Shown: positions 48,569 to 59,482, counted from the stretch's first letter. The stretch is DNA of 64,000 nucleotides from Hyphomicrobiales bacterium (GCA_021775475.1 JAJFHS010000070.1:29234-93233); one strand, 5' to 3'. Program-made: numbers and translations. The notes: generated by a model from the letters alone, not told the origin.

Positions 48569-49975
48569 TTGAACCCCATTCATATTATCGGTGGCGGCCT
48601 TGCGGGCTCGGAAGCCGCCTGGCAGATCGCCCAACGCGGCATACGCGTTATCGTGCATGAAATGCGTCCGCATCAAAAAACCGATGCGCACCAGACTGAC
48701 GGATTGGCGGAGCTGGTGTGTTCGAATTCCTTTCGATCCGATGACTGGCAGAATAATGCGGTTGGATTGTTGCACGAAGAGATGCGCCACGCCGGTTCGA
48801 TCATTATGCGCGCAGCTGATTTGCACAAACTTCCCGCAGGCGGGGCGCTGGCGGTGGACAGGGATGGCTTTTCCGATGAAGTCACCAAAATCCTCAACAA
48901 CCATCCCCTGATAAGCATTGAGCGTGGCGAGGTAACCGGAACGCCGCCGCCTGAGTGGACAAATGTCATAATCGCCACCGGGCCGCTTACCTCAAAAAGC
49001 CTGGGCGAAGGTATTCAATCATTGACCGGCGAAGATGAATTGGCCTTTTTTGATGCGATTGCGCCGATCATTTATAAAGACAGCATCAATTTTGATGTCT
49101 GCTGGTTTCAATCGCGCTACGACAAGGAAGGCCCCGGCGGCACTGGTGCTGATTATATCAATTGCCCGATGACGGAGGAGCAATACAACAGATTTTTGGA
49201 TGCGCTGTGCGCGGCTGAAAAAACCGAATTCAAGGAATGGGAAGGAACGCCTTATTTCGAAGGCTGCCTGCCGATTGAAATCATGGCTGGGCGCGGTCGC
49301 GAAACCCTGCGCTATGGCCCCATGAAGCCGGTCGGCCTCACCAACCCCCATAACCCGCAAGTTAAAGCGCATGCCATTGTGCAATTGCGCCAGGATAATG
49401 CACTTGGCAGCCTCTATAATATGGTAGGCTTTCAAACCAAGCTGAAATATGGCGCCCAGACCGAAATTTTTCAGATGATACCGGGCCTTGAAGACGCTCA
49501 ATTTGCCCGACTTGGTGGTCTGCACCGCAATACCTTTCTCAACAGCCCCAAAGTGCTCGATACCGAACTCAGGCTGCATAACGACAGACGCTTGCGCTTT
49601 GCCGGACAGATTACCGGGGTTGAAGGCTATATTGAAAGTGCGGCCATCGGGTTGCTTGCCGGATATTTTGCCACCTGCGATCTGACCGAACAAGCAGCGG
49701 TTGCACCACCGGTGACAACCGCCCATGGGGCTTTGCTCAATCACATCACCGGTGGGCATCTTACTGGTGATACAGAAGTTGGAGCAAAAACTTTTCAACC
49801 AATGAATGTCAACTTCGGTCTGTTTCCCGAAATCGAAATCCCTAAACCAGAAGATGGAAAACGCCTGCGCGGCAAGGAAAAACCCCGGGCCAAACGTAGA
49901 GCAGTGAGCGCGCGAGCGCTAGAGGATTTTGATTCCTGGCTCAAGCAAACCAAAACCAGTTCCGATCAACAATAA
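48569..49975 (+). CDS. trmFO: methylenetetrahydrofolate--tRNA-(uracil-5-)-methyltransferase TrmFO (Gid)
   Basis: [48 protein letters not shown] start 16 bp after the uvrA stop, preceded by AAGGA. Confidence 0.95.
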   Translation: MNPIHIIGGGLAGSEAAWQIAQRGIRVIVHEMRPHQKTDAHQTDGLAELVCSNSFRSDDWQNNAVGLLHEEMRHAGSIIMRAADLHKLPAGGALAVDRDGFSDEVTKILNNHPLISIERGEVTGTPPPEWTNVIIATGPLTSKSLGEGIQSLTGEDELAFFDAIAPIIYKDSINFDVCWFQSRYDKEGPGGTGADYINCPMTEEQYNRFLDALCAAEKTEFKEWEGTPYFEGCLPIEIMAGRGRETLRYGPMKPVGLTNPHNPQVKAHAIVQLRQDNALGSLYNMVGFQTKLKYGAQTEIFQMIPGLEDAQFARLGGLHRNTFLNSPKVLDTELRLHNDRRLRFAGQITGVEGYIESAAIGLLAGYFATCDLTEQAAVAPPVTTAHGALLNHITGGHLTGDTEVGAKTFQPMNVNFGLFPEIEIPKPEDGKRLRGKEKPRAKRRAVSARALEDFDSWLKQTKTSSDQQ

Positions 49976-49976
49976 T

Positions 49977-50834
49977 TCAGCCAAATCTCCCCTTGCGCGC
50001 TGCCCGCCACAACCGCCATTGGCGCACAAATTGTGAAGTTTTTATGGGCCGGGCAAACGGGTCATAGTCGTGGCTGGAGATTTTTTTGAGGTAGGGTTTT
50101 ATCAAACTTGCCGGCAGAAAAGCCGGAAACACGGCGTCAGGAACAATTGCCAGATGTTCTTCTGCCAGTGCCAGATGATAATGGGCAATATCGTGCAACT
50201 CACGGAAAGCTGCACTCAGCGCGGGCGTCATTGTGGTTGAAAAATAATCCCTCATTACCACGTCTGAATGTTCCAGCACTTCCAACGGAAGATAGAGCTG
50301 ACCACGCTGGGCGTGAATGGGCGCGGCGCGGATAAGCCCCTGCAAGGCATAGGCAACACCGGCATGGCCGCTGGCATCTGCGGCTTTTGCCGCTGCCGGT
50401 CCGGCAACTATTATACCAGCCAGATGAAACAACACGGATGAAGTTGCACCGGCATAGGCATCAAATTCGGCCACCGTTTTCATCGGCACCTCATAAAGAT
50501 CGAATTGCCGGGCATTTAAAAGGTCGAGAAATGGCTGGCGCGGCAGTGCACATTCCACGATCGCTCGTTCCAGAGCTACAACAACAGGATGGTCGCCTAC
50601 GTCACCGTGAAAAATTGCCTCAATAGCCTCACGCCACCAGGTCAGCCGCATTTCTCCCAGCAGGGCTTCACTGACACCTTCACGAATTTTACCGATTTCG
50701 ATATTGAAAGCATACAGCGCAAACAAATGCTCGCGTGCAGCTAGCGGTGCCAGCAAAACAGCGAGATAGCGATCTTTATCAAACGCCCTCACCTGGCTGG
50801 CACAATAGTTCTGGCTTGTATCCGGTTGAGGCAA
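49977..50834 (-). CDS. squalene/phytoene-synthase-fold protein, NDUFAF6-like
   Basis: 285 aa. YCASQVRAFDKDRYLAVLLAP...LFALYAFNIEIGKIRE...MRLTWWREAI is the pattern I associate with the alphaproteobacterial NDUFAF6 (C8orf38) homologues, not with carotenoid CrtB. Confidence 0.72.
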   Translation of the reverse strand: MPQPDTSQNYCASQVRAFDKDRYLAVLLAPLAAREHLFALYAFNIEIGKIREGVSEALLGEMRLTWWREAIEAIFHGDVGDHPVVVALERAIVECALPRQPFLDLLNARQFDLYEVPMKTVAEFDAYAGATSSVLFHLAGIIVAGPAAAKAADASGHAGVAYALQGLIRAAPIHAQRGQLYLPLEVLEHSDVVMRDYFSTTMTPALSAAFRELHDIAHYHLALAEEHLAIVPDAVFPAFLPASLIKPYLKKISSHDYDPFARPIKTSQFVRQWRLWRAARKGRFG

Positions 50835-50864
50835 AATATAACCCCTTCCCTAAAGTAGCCTTGT

Positions 50865-51245
50865 TTACGGGTTTTCCACGGCAATGACAGCGGCGGCTAT
50901 GTTACGTTTTTCGGCCAGAAGAATATTGTAGGTTCGCACAGCGGCACCTGTACTCATATATTCCAGCCCGATATCATGAGCGTCAAACGCCTGACGGATA
51001 TCCGTGATCGGATTTAACAGGTGGGGCCCGCAGCCGAGCAAGAGAAAGTCGATTTTTACAGCCTGGTCAAATACCGGTTGAAAGTGGTTTGCATTCAGGT
51101 GTGAAAATTCTTTCACACCCCAGGCATAGATACCACCTGGCAACAGCAACAATGATCCTTGGTGAGAAATTTCGGCAAACCGGAACCCCCCATTACCATA
51201 TTCCGAAATGGGTGCTTGTACCGGGTATTTTGCTGTTTGCGCCAC
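50865..51245 (-). CDS. Mth938-like DUF498 protein, NDUFAF3-like
   Basis: 126 aa. GFRFAEISHQGSLLLLPGGIYAW...IDFLLLGCG...GLEYMSTGAAVRTYNILLAEKRNIAAAVIAV is typical DUF498. Confidence 0.75.
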   Translation of the reverse strand: MAQTAKYPVQAPISEYGNGGFRFAEISHQGSLLLLPGGIYAWGVKEFSHLNANHFQPVFDQAVKIDFLLLGCGPHLLNPITDIRQAFDAHDIGLEYMSTGAAVRTYNILLAEKRNIAAAVIAVENP

Positions 51246-51249
51246 AGGG

Positions 51250-52194
51250 TCAGCTTATGGCGGGTTTTTCGTCCGCCTTGGCTATTTTTTTCCCGGTCCA
51301 GTTGCGTTTCACCTCCAACAACAGAAGTATGGGCGAAGCGATAAAAACCGAAGAATAGGTGCCAACCAAAATCCCCCAGATCATGGCGAATGTGAAACCT
51401 CTAATGACTTCGCCGCCAAAAACATAAAGAGCAATTAACGCCAGTAAGGTTGTAAACGAGGTTAAAACGGTTCGCGACAGCGTGTTATTTACGGATAGAT
51501 CAAGCAGTTCAACCATCGGCATTTTCTTGTACTTGCGCAGGTTCTCCCGCACCCGGTCAAATACGACCACCGTATCATTGAGAGAATAGCCGACAATGGT
51601 CAGGATTGCCGCGATTATCGACAGGTTGAACTCCAGTTGCAGGGCAGCAAACAGCCCGATTGTCAGCACAACGTCATGAACCAGGGCGACAACAGCGCCG
51701 ATGGCGAACTGCCATTCAAATCGGAACCAGATATAGATCAAAACAGCAAAAATGGCGGCAATGACAGAGATAATACCGGATTCTATTAATTCGCCACTGA
51801 CGGTTGGGCCGACAACTTCAACACGGCGAAATTCTACACTTGCGCCCAGAGCAGCTTTCACCTTTTTGACAACATCCTGCTGGGCTTTTTCGCCGCCGGA
51901 TTGTTGCCCCACACGAATTAGAACTTCGTTTGGTGCCCCAAATTCCTGAATTTGAACATCACTCAACCCCTCTGCGCCGACCTGCTTGCGGATCTGTGAT
52001 ACATCAGCCACCGCAGCTGTGGTCTGTACCTCCATCAACGTTCCGCCTTTGAAATCAATGCCAAAATTGAGGCCAAGAACAAGCAGCAGAACAATAGAAG
52101 CTGCAGCCATTGCGCCGGATACAGCCAGGCAGACTTTGCGCAGACGCAAAAATTGAAATTTGGTTTCTGCTGGGACTAATTTAAGCAAAATCAC
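51250..52194 (-). CDS. secF: protein translocase subunit SecF
   Basis: LGLNFGIDFKGGTLMEV, GYSLNDTVVVFDRVREN. Confidence 0.95.
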   Translation of the reverse strand: MILLKLVPAETKFQFLRLRKVCLAVSGAMAAASIVLLLVLGLNFGIDFKGGTLMEVQTTAAVADVSQIRKQVGAEGLSDVQIQEFGAPNEVLIRVGQQSGGEKAQQDVVKKVKAALGASVEFRRVEVVGPTVSGELIESGIISVIAAIFAVLIYIWFRFEWQFAIGAVVALVHDVVLTIGLFAALQLEFNLSIIAAILTIVGYSLNDTVVVFDRVRENLRKYKKMPMVELLDLSVNNTLSRTVLTSFTTLLALIALYVFGGEVIRGFTFAMIWGILVGTYSSVFIASPILLLLEVKRNWTGKKIAKADEKPAIS

Positions 52195-52214
52195 GTGCGT
52201 TGTTCCCCAAATTA

Positions 52215-53831
52215 TTAAATTGGAATACTCGATGGACGTTTATGTTTAACCCACATGGAAACCAGTAGTCGGGTTAAGGTGAAAGCTGTGAATACGGATG
52301 TTACAATTCCGATTGAAAGTGTGACGGAAAATCCGCGTACGGGTCCAGACCCAAGCGAAAATAGGATAAAGGCGGCGATGAAGGTGGTGATGTTGGCATC
52401 AAGAATGGTCGACAGTGCACGCGAATATCCAACGTCAATGGCAGCAATAGGTGTCTTTCCTGATCGAATCTCTTCGCGAATACGCTCAAAAATCAACACA
52501 TTGGCATCAACCGCCATACCAATCGTCAAAACAATTCCGGCAATGCCAGGCAAGGTCAGTGTCGCTTGCAGCAGGGAAAGTGTGCCGATAATCAACGCAA
52601 TGTTTACCGCCAGCGCTATATTTGCAAAAACGCCAAACAAGCCATAGGAAATAAGGATAAAGATAACCACAGCGGCGAGGCCGATTACCGAGGCAATTTT
52701 GCCCGAAGCAATTGAATCCGCACCAAGGCTGGGACCAACAGTGCGTTCTTCAATAATCTCCAGTGGCGCTGGCAGAGCGCCCGAACGCAACAGAATGGAA
52801 AGATTGACGGTTTCTGCAACGGTAAAACTTCCGCTAATCTGGCCGCTGCCACCGGTAATCGCAGTCTGGATGACGGGAGCACTTATGACTTTATTATCGA
52901 GTACAATGGCGAATGGTCTGCCAACATTATCGCGGGTGATTTTGGCAAACCGGGTGGCGCCGGCCGAATTAAACCGGAAGGTTACAACGGGTTCATTGGT
53001 CTGGCCGTCAAAAGACGCCTGTGAATCAACCAACTCCTCACCAGAGACAATAACGCGCTTTTTAATCAAATAAGGACCAAAGCCGTCATTGGGATTTACA
53101 GATGGCAGAACTTCCGAGCCAGCCGGGGGTCGTGAACTCAAAGCCTGTTGCGCCGACATTGACTGGTCAACCATTCTAAATTCAAGTTTGGCTGTAGCAC
53201 CGAGCAGGTTCTTTAATTGCTGCGGATCATCAAGGCCCGGAACCTGAACGATAATACGGTTGAGCCCCTGGCGTTGAATAATGGGCTCTGTTGTGCCCAG
53301 ATTATTGATACGGCGACCGACAGTCTCGATTGACGCATCCATAGCGGATTTCAAACGCTGTGAAATAGCCAGTTTCGATGGTGTGGCGACAATAACACCG
53401 GTGGCGCTATCGGCCTCAACATTGAAATCGAAATCTGATGCGCCGCCCAAAACGGATGATTGCAGGGCCTGGCGCATGGACTTGACCATCGTCAGGGCTT
53501 TGTCAAAATCTTCCGGGTTGCGGATTTTTACCCGTACATGAGACTTGGTTGCCTTGAGGCCTGTATAGCCGATTTTGTTTTCGCGAAACTGCCGCCGCAA
53601 ATCACCTCTGAGTGATTCGAGTTTATCCTTGAGCAGAGCGTCGGTTTCCATGCTCAACAGCATGTGAGAGCCGCCCTGGAGATCGAGCCCAAGGTTGATC
53701 TGCTGTTTAGGCACCCATTGGGGTAATGCGTCCAGCGTTTTGGTAGAAATGGCATTCGGCAACGCCAGCAAGATCCCCAGAACCGAGATTGTGACAATGA
53801 GAATGATCTTCCATTTGGCAAAATAGAGCAT
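52215..53831 (-). CDS. secD: protein translocase subunit SecD
   Basis: LGLDLQGGSHMLL, GMAVDANVLIFERIREE, and a large periplasmic domain. Confidence 0.95.
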   Translation of the reverse strand: MLYFAKWKIILIVTISVLGILLALPNAISTKTLDALPQWVPKQQINLGLDLQGGSHMLLSMETDALLKDKLESLRGDLRRQFRENKIGYTGLKATKSHVRVKIRNPEDFDKALTMVKSMRQALQSSVLGGASDFDFNVEADSATGVIVATPSKLAISQRLKSAMDASIETVGRRINNLGTTEPIIQRQGLNRIIVQVPGLDDPQQLKNLLGATAKLEFRMVDQSMSAQQALSSRPPAGSEVLPSVNPNDGFGPYLIKKRVIVSGEELVDSQASFDGQTNEPVVTFRFNSAGATRFAKITRDNVGRPFAIVLDNKVISAPVIQTAITGGSGQISGSFTVAETVNLSILLRSGALPAPLEIIEERTVGPSLGADSIASGKIASVIGLAAVVIFILISYGLFGVFANIALAVNIALIIGTLSLLQATLTLPGIAGIVLTIGMAVDANVLIFERIREEIRSGKTPIAAIDVGYSRALSTILDANITTFIAAFILFSLGSGPVRGFSVTLSIGIVTSVFTAFTLTRLLVSMWVKHKRPSSIPI

Positions 53832-53907
53832 ACAGGTATATTTTCTCAGAACATTAAACTTAGGAGATACTTAGGGATAGATCGGCCCTTTGCCTAGGTT
53901 CTGTTGA

Positions 53908-54303
53908 CTATTCTTTCGTTACGGTTTTTTTCGGCGTTTTAGTCGCTCTGGGTTTTTTGACCGGTTTTGCGGGAGTGTCATCATTTGCAGGTTCGGTTTT
54001 TGAACGCACTTCGGCGATTGATCCCCGCGAAACTTTGACCTTTACGTCGGTGGCAATTTCGACGGAAATTTCATGGTCATCGATAACTTTGGCGACCTTG
54101 CCAATCAGTCCCCCTGAGGTAACAATTGTATCTCCGCGACGAACGGCGGCAATCATGGCCTGATGTTCTTTGGCGCGCCTTTGCTGCGGGCGAATGATCA
54201 AAAAATACAGGATGATGAAAATAAGAAGGAAGGGTACCAACTGGATTAAGAATCCACCGTCACCTCCAGCGGCTGTTTGTGCAAATGCAGGGGTAATAAA
54301 CAT
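53908..54303 (-). CDS. yajC: preprotein translocase subunit YajC, with a Lys/Pro-rich C-terminal extension
   Basis: LVPFLLIFIILYFLIIRPQQRRAKEHQAMIAAVRRGDTIVTSGGLIGKV. Confidence 0.9.
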   Translation of the reverse strand: MFITPAFAQTAAGGDGGFLIQLVPFLLIFIILYFLIIRPQQRRAKEHQAMIAAVRRGDTIVTSGGLIGKVAKVIDDHEISVEIATDVKVKVSRGSIAEVRSKTEPANDDTPAKPVKKPRATKTPKKTVTKE

Positions 54304-54491
54304 AGTCTCCCTCCTTGGAGCCTGAACTGCCTTTTGGCAATTTGAATAAGTTGTAACGACACGAATTAAATCAATTTTGCCGGACTATAACCATCGCACC
54401 CAACATTGCAACCAGTGAGCCGTTGAATTCAAACTTTTTAGGCAATTTCTCGACCCGGATATGATTTTCCATGATATAGGGTTCTCAACCA

Positions 54492-55406
54492 TTGACGGAG
54501 ATAGAACCTTTGCCTGATAACGACAATATTAGCATTTCAAGAGACCTTTTAAAACACCTGAACCGTATTGCAGATGCATTGGAGCGCAGCGCACCACCAA
54601 TCGCTGATGGATGTGATTTATCACCGGCCGATGCTTTTATCTGGCAGGCTGACAGGGCTTTTTTGCAACCTGTTAAAACCGTCAACCGAATCGATCTCGA
54701 CCTGCTTCAGGGGATTGATCATGTGCGCGATATTCTTTTAAAGAATACTGACCGGTTTGCCCGCGGACTACCTGCGAACAATGCCCTGTTGTGGGGGGCA
54801 CGCGGCATGGGGAAAAGTTCCCTGGTGAAGGCTGCCCATGCATTCATTAACGAAAAAAACACGCCCAAAGATGACCCGTCACTCAAACTTATTGAAATTC
54901 ATCGCGAAGACATCGAAAGCCTGCCGGTTTTAATGAACCTCCTGAGGTCGTATAAGGGTCGCGTGATCATTTTCTGTGACGATCTGTCCTTTGATCAGGA
55001 CGATACGTCATACAAGTCCCTTAAAGCTGTGCTGGAGGGAGGAATTGAGGGGCGCCCTGTCAATGTCATTTTTTATGCCACATCCAACCGGCGTCATCTT
55101 ATGCCGCGTGATATGGTGGAAAACGAACGCTCAACAGCTATAAACCCTTCGGAAGCAACGCATGAAAAGGTTTCGCTGTCGGACCGGTTTGGCCTGTGGA
55201 TCGGGTTTCACAACTGCTCACAGGACGATTATCTGGCGATGATCGAGGCCTATGCCGATCATTATAGTCTTAAAGACATCTCGAAAATCGAGTTAAAGGC
55301 CCGTGCCCTGGAATGGGCCGCCACGCGCGGCAGCCGATCGGGCCGTGTTGCCTGGCAATTCATTCAGGATCTTGCCGGTGAACTTGGGGTTCGAATTTCC
55401 GGCTAG
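54492..55406 (+). CDS. DUF815-family AAA-type ATPase
   Basis: LLWGARGMGKSSLVKA (Walker A), VIIFCDDLSF (Walker B-like). TTG start. Confidence 0.8.
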   Translation: MTEIEPLPDNDNISISRDLLKHLNRIADALERSAPPIADGCDLSPADAFIWQADRAFLQPVKTVNRIDLDLLQGIDHVRDILLKNTDRFARGLPANNALLWGARGMGKSSLVKAAHAFINEKNTPKDDPSLKLIEIHREDIESLPVLMNLLRSYKGRVIIFCDDLSFDQDDTSYKSLKAVLEGGIEGRPVNVIFYATSNRRHLMPRDMVENERSTAINPSEATHEKVSLSDRFGLWIGFHNCSQDDYLAMIEAYADHYSLKDISKIELKARALEWAATRGSRSGRVAWQFIQDLAGELGVRISG

Positions 55407-55419
55407 ACCCTGAATTTTA

Positions 55420-56490
55420 TTAACGCGAGGCCAGTCTTGTGCTGGAAAGATAATTTCTCGGGTTTACCGGGGATGAGCCGCGTCTAATTTCAAAGTGCAG
55501 CTGTGGGCGCGATACCGCGCCGGTCTGTCCGGCTTTGGCGATGACCTGCCCGCGCCGTACCTTCTGACCTTTTTTCACCAGCATCTTGCTGATATGGGCG
55601 TAAGCTGTGGACCATCCGTTTTTGTGGCGGATTAAAAGCAGATTACCAAAGCCTTCCAGTTCGTTTCCGGAATAAACCACGGTGCCATCTTCGGCTGAAA
55701 CGATGGCAGCACCCTTGGGCACGGAAAGGTTGATGCCGTCATTTCTTGTACCATTGGGTTTGGCGCCAAATTCGGAAATCACCCGACCACGCAGAGGCCA
55801 GCGGAAACTGTTTCCTGTTCTTACCGCCTGTTTCATTGAAGCGCGTTTAAGAGCCGACTTTTTACTGGCTTGTGGCTTTTTCACACCGGCTATTTTCACC
55901 GGCTTTTTGGTGGTTTTTTTAATTCTGGCCTGTAGGCTAGATTTTTTGCGCAAGTCGGTAGCTTTTGCCAGTTTGGTTTTTGACCTTGTTGCCTTGCGGG
56001 CAATCTTTCTGGGGGTGGTTTTACGCTTTAACTCCGCTGTTTTAACTGACCTTGATCCCGGCAACACCAACTCATCGCCGACGTTCAACTCATAGGGTGC
56101 TTCAATACCGTTCAACTCTGCCAGTTCAACCGCATCTACCTTCTGTTCGCGGGCAACGCCTAGCAAGGTATCACCGTTGCGAACAACCACCACACCGTTA
56201 CCCGATTTGGGCGTTGAGGTTTTGACCGTGACTTCAGCCACATCATTCTCAATCGGTGCCAGCGAACGGCTGGTTACACGCCGCGAAGGTGCGCTTGATG
56301 TTTTTGTTACCGGTGAGGTTGAATTGGTAATAAATGAGGCTGCCAATGGATAGATCGGCTCATTGCTGGCGGATCCGCTCAATCGGCTTGACAGTGGACT
56401 ACAGGCTGAGAACAACAAAGCTGTGCTGATAATTATCGTATTCCGCACAACTTTTTTGTCGTTGGTTTTGGCTTGACCCGCGCTACGCAT
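55420..56490 (-). CDS. LysM-domain M23 metallopeptidase (NlpD/DipM-like)
   Basis: Lipoprotein-like signal (IIISTALLFSAC), LysM (VVVRNGDTLLGVAREQKVDAVELAELNGI), a Lys-rich linker, and M23 (GFGNLLLIRHKNGWSTAYAH, PQLHFEIRRG). I chose the start at ATG 56490 after AAGGGAG. Confidence 0.85.
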   Translation of the reverse strand: MRSAGQAKTNDKKVVRNTIIISTALLFSACSPLSSRLSGSASNEPIYPLAASFITNSTSPVTKTSSAPSRRVTSRSLAPIENDVAEVTVKTSTPKSGNGVVVVRNGDTLLGVAREQKVDAVELAELNGIEAPYELNVGDELVLPGSRSVKTAELKRKTTPRKIARKATRSKTKLAKATDLRKKSSLQARIKKTTKKPVKIAGVKKPQASKKSALKRASMKQAVRTGNSFRWPLRGRVISEFGAKPNGTRNDGINLSVPKGAAIVSAEDGTVVYSGNELEGFGNLLLIRHKNGWSTAYAHISKMLVKKGQKVRRGQVIAKAGQTGAVSRPQLHFEIRRGSSPVNPRNYLSSTRLASR

Positions 56491-56535
56491 TACTAATACT
56501 CCCTTAAAGAACAGGACCATTGTCGCGTCAATTCA

Positions 56536-56550
56536 TTAACGTAAAATTAA
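56536..56550. promoter_or_regulatory. CtrA-box-like TTAA-N7-TTAA motif upstream of the LysM/M23 gene
   Basis: TTAACGTAAAATTAA, about 46 bp upstream of ATG 56490. A single exact match is expected about once by chance in a window of this size. Confidence 0.25.
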
Positions 56551-56622
56551 TCGGTGGTTTTAGGGTTAGTGATTCGTTAATTTGCCGTCAGGCCGGATCA
56601 AATTGAAATTTTTGGAACCTGC

Positions 56623-57297
56623 TCAACCGTTTTTAATCGCGCCGGAAACAAGTGGAACAAATCGCACGACACACAAAACCTCAGCGCTGACAGCTTCATC
56701 TTCGTCTTTGTGAAACAGAATAAGATCCTGTTCTCCCTGACTGTTATCTACCGGAACTATCATCTTGCCACCTGCCTTTAGCTGGGCCAGCAATTGATCC
56801 GGCACGCGCGGGGCGGCAGCTGTTACCATTATCCTATCAAAAGGTGCCTGGGCGGGCCAGCCTTTGGTACCATCACCCGTCATTGAAGTAATATTGGTGA
56901 GCCGAAGTTTGCGGAAACGATATTCGGCATCTTCCAGCAACCGGCGATAGCGCTCAATCGTATACACACGCCGACACAATTGTGCCAGAATGGCGGTCTG
57001 AAATCCTGTGCCGGTGCCAACTTCAAGAATTTTACAGCGATCATTGAGATCGAGCTTTTCGGTCATCAAGGCAACCACATAAGGTTGCGATATGGTCTGG
57101 CCACATTCAATCGGCAGGGTTGAATTGTTGTAGGCTTCAAGACCAAACATTTCCGGCACGAATAATTCGCGCGGAACTTTTTCCAGAGCCGACAGCACAG
57201 AGGTGCTGCTGATCCCGCGGGCGCGCAATTCCATAATCAGTTTTATGATGCGATAATTGCTCGCACCAAACTCACTCGTACCAGTTACAATATTCAT
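56623..57297 (-). CDS. pcm: protein-L-isoaspartate O-methyltransferase
   Basis: QTISQPYVVALM, ILEVGTGTGFQTAILA. Confidence 0.93.
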   Translation of the reverse strand: MNIVTGTSEFGASNYRIIKLIMELRARGISSTSVLSALEKVPRELFVPEMFGLEAYNNSTLPIECGQTISQPYVVALMTEKLDLNDRCKILEVGTGTGFQTAILAQLCRRVYTIERYRRLLEDAEYRFRKLRLTNITSMTGDGTKGWPAQAPFDRIMVTAAAPRVPDQLLAQLKAGGKMIVPVDNSQGEQDLILFHKDEDEAVSAEVLCVVRFVPLVSGAIKNG

Positions 57298-57307
57298 GGC
57301 GCGGAGT

Positions 57308-58120
57308 TTAACCGCAAATCGTAAATTTTTTCTGCAACTCCGCCAATGAGCGCTCGGCGGTTAAATTCAGGTGTAAAGGCGTCAAGGCGACAAACCCTTG
57401 AGCAAGCGCTGTGATGTCGCCTTCCTTTGGTTGCGGCTCGTCGCGATTGGCATAGCCGATCCAGTAATAGGTTGACCCGCGCGCATCAATTCTTTCATCA
57501 ATATGGGTGGGTAATTTGTTCCTGAGCGACTGATTGGTGATCTTGATCCCTTTGACATCTTCAGGTTTGGTGTCAGGAAAATTGAGATTGATAATGATGT
57601 TGGTCTGCCAGCCGATATCCAGCATTCTGGCGATGATCTGAGGTGCAAATGTCTGTGCTGTCGCCCAGTTTGGCTCGTTTGTGCGTATGGATGAGAAGGC
57701 CTGGCTCAGGGCAATTGAAGGGATGCCCGCACATGACCCTTCCATGGCACCGGCAACCGTGCCGGAATACGTAATATCATCGGCAATGTTCTGGCCATGA
57801 TTAACGCCGGATAAAACCAGATCGGGCCGCCTGCCCTCAATCAGTTTTACCACCCCCATCAACGTACAGTCTGTGGGCGTGCCATTGACGGCGAAAGTAC
57901 GCTCATCTATGCGGCGAACCCTGAGTGGGTCGGAAAGCGTTAAAGAGCGCGAGCCACCGCTTTGTTCGGTTTCCGGTGCCACTATCCAGACATCATCTGA
58001 AAGTTCGGTCGCAATCTGTCGCAACACCTCAAGACCATGGGCGTGAATACCATCATCATTGGTGAGCAGAATTCTCAGGTTTTTTCGTTTCAAGTTACCG
58101 GGATTAGAGGACAGTTTCAT
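57308..58120 (-). CDS. surE: 5'/3'-nucleotidase SurE
   Basis: [23 protein letters not shown]. Overlaps the serS stop by 4 bp. Confidence 0.95.
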   Translation of the reverse strand: MKLSSNPGNLKRKNLRILLTNDDGIHAHGLEVLRQIATELSDDVWIVAPETEQSGGSRSLTLSDPLRVRRIDERTFAVNGTPTDCTLMGVVKLIEGRRPDLVLSGVNHGQNIADDITYSGTVAGAMEGSCAGIPSIALSQAFSSIRTNEPNWATAQTFAPQIIARMLDIGWQTNIIINLNFPDTKPEDVKGIKITNQSLRNKLPTHIDERIDARGSTYYWIGYANRDEPQPKEGDITALAQGFVALTPLHLNLTAERSLAELQKKFTICG

Positions 58121-59406
58121 TTACCGGCAACTCCCTCTATGTCTTTTAATCCGCCCATATAAGGTTGCAGGGCATCGGGAATGTCAATTGAACCGTCAGC
58201 GCGTTGATAGTTTTCCAACACCGCAACAAGTGTTCGGCCAACGGCCAGTCCTGAACCATTGAGCGTATGAACAAATTCTGTTTTCTTTTCCCCGGATTTG
58301 CGATACCGCGCATTCATCCGCCGGGCCTGAAAATCGCCGCACACCGAACAACTTGAAATTTCGCGATAGGCGCCCTGCCCCGGCAACCACACTTCGATGT
58401 CATACGTCTTGCGTGCACCAAAACCCAGATCACCGGTGGCGAGCGTTACAACCCGGTAATGTAAACCTAATCGCTGCAAGATTTTTTCGACACACCCCAG
58501 CATGCGTTCATGTTCGGCTTGGGAATTTTCCGGCGTGGTGATTGACACCAGCTCCACTTTGGAAAACTGATGCTGGCGGATCATTCCACGGGTGTCTTTG
58601 CCCGCAGCTCCCGCTTCAAGCCGGAAACACGGCGTATAAGCCGTATAGCGCAAAGGCAGATCTTCGTCGGCGTGGATGGTTTCGCGGGCAAGATTGGTTA
58701 AAGGCACTTCGGCTGTGGGTATCAGCCAGAAACCATCTGTGGTGCGGAATTGATCATTTTCGAATTTCGGTAACTGACCCGTGCCATACATGGCATGATC
58801 GCGCACAAGTACGGGGGGAGCGATTTCACAATAGCCGTTTTCGCTTGTGTGAATATCCAGCATGAACGCACCTAATGCACGCTCCATCCGCGCCAATGCA
58901 CCTTTAAGAACAACAAAGCGGGCACCGGAAAGTCTGGCTGCGGTTTCAAAGTCCATCAGGCCTAAGGCTTCCCCAAGGTCGAAATGCTGCCTGGGTTCAA
59001 AATCCATCTCAGGCTTTTTGCCCGATGTATGATGCTCTATATTTGCACTTTCGTCTTTCCCCACAGGCACGTCGGCATGGGGCAGATTGGGGATGCCGGA
59101 CAGCAAATCTGTCAGTTCCTGGTTAAGGCGACGTTCGACATCTTCACCAGATTGCACAAATGATTTGAGATCGGCAATTTCGGTGATCAGCTGTTGCGCC
59201 TTTTCCTCATCGCCAGAGGCTTTGGCAGCACCAATTTCCCGCGATGCGGCATTGCGTCGGTTTTGGGCATCCTGAAGCCTGGCCACATGATCACGCCGAG
59301 CAGTATCTTTTTCTAGGACCTTTGCTGCCATCGGCTCAAGCCCGCGCAGGGCCAGACCAGCATCAAAAGCTGACGCGTTTTCTCTGATCCATTTAATATC
59401 AAACAT
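58117..59406 (-). CDS. serS: serine--tRNA ligase
   Basis: [10 protein letters not shown], an N-terminal coiled coil, class II motifs ([46 protein letters not shown]). Confidence 0.97.
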   Translation of the reverse strand: MFDIKWIRENASAFDAGLALRGLEPMAAKVLEKDTARRDHVARLQDAQNRRNAASREIGAAKASGDEEKAQQLITEIADLKSFVQSGEDVERRLNQELTDLLSGIPNLPHADVPVGKDESANIEHHTSGKKPEMDFEPRQHFDLGEALGLMDFETAARLSGARFVVLKGALARMERALGAFMLDIHTSENGYCEIAPPVLVRDHAMYGTGQLPKFENDQFRTTDGFWLIPTAEVPLTNLARETIHADEDLPLRYTAYTPCFRLEAGAAGKDTRGMIRQHQFSKVELVSITTPENSQAEHERMLGCVEKILQRLGLHYRVVTLATGDLGFGARKTYDIEVWLPGQGAYREISSCSVCGDFQARRMNARYRKSGEKKTEFVHTLNGSGLAVGRTLVAVLENYQRADGSIDIPDALQPYMGGLKDIEGVAGK

Positions 59407-59482
59407 ATCCCGGTCCAGACAGATGTTGAGGTTTTATTTTAAGGGTTACACTGATTGGAAGAAGAAAACTATACTACTTTTC

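Noticed and set aside
49019-49798. 259-aa minus-strand ORF inside trmFO
   Set aside because: It lies fully inside the strongly supported TrmFO coding region on the opposite strand, and I recognise no motifs.
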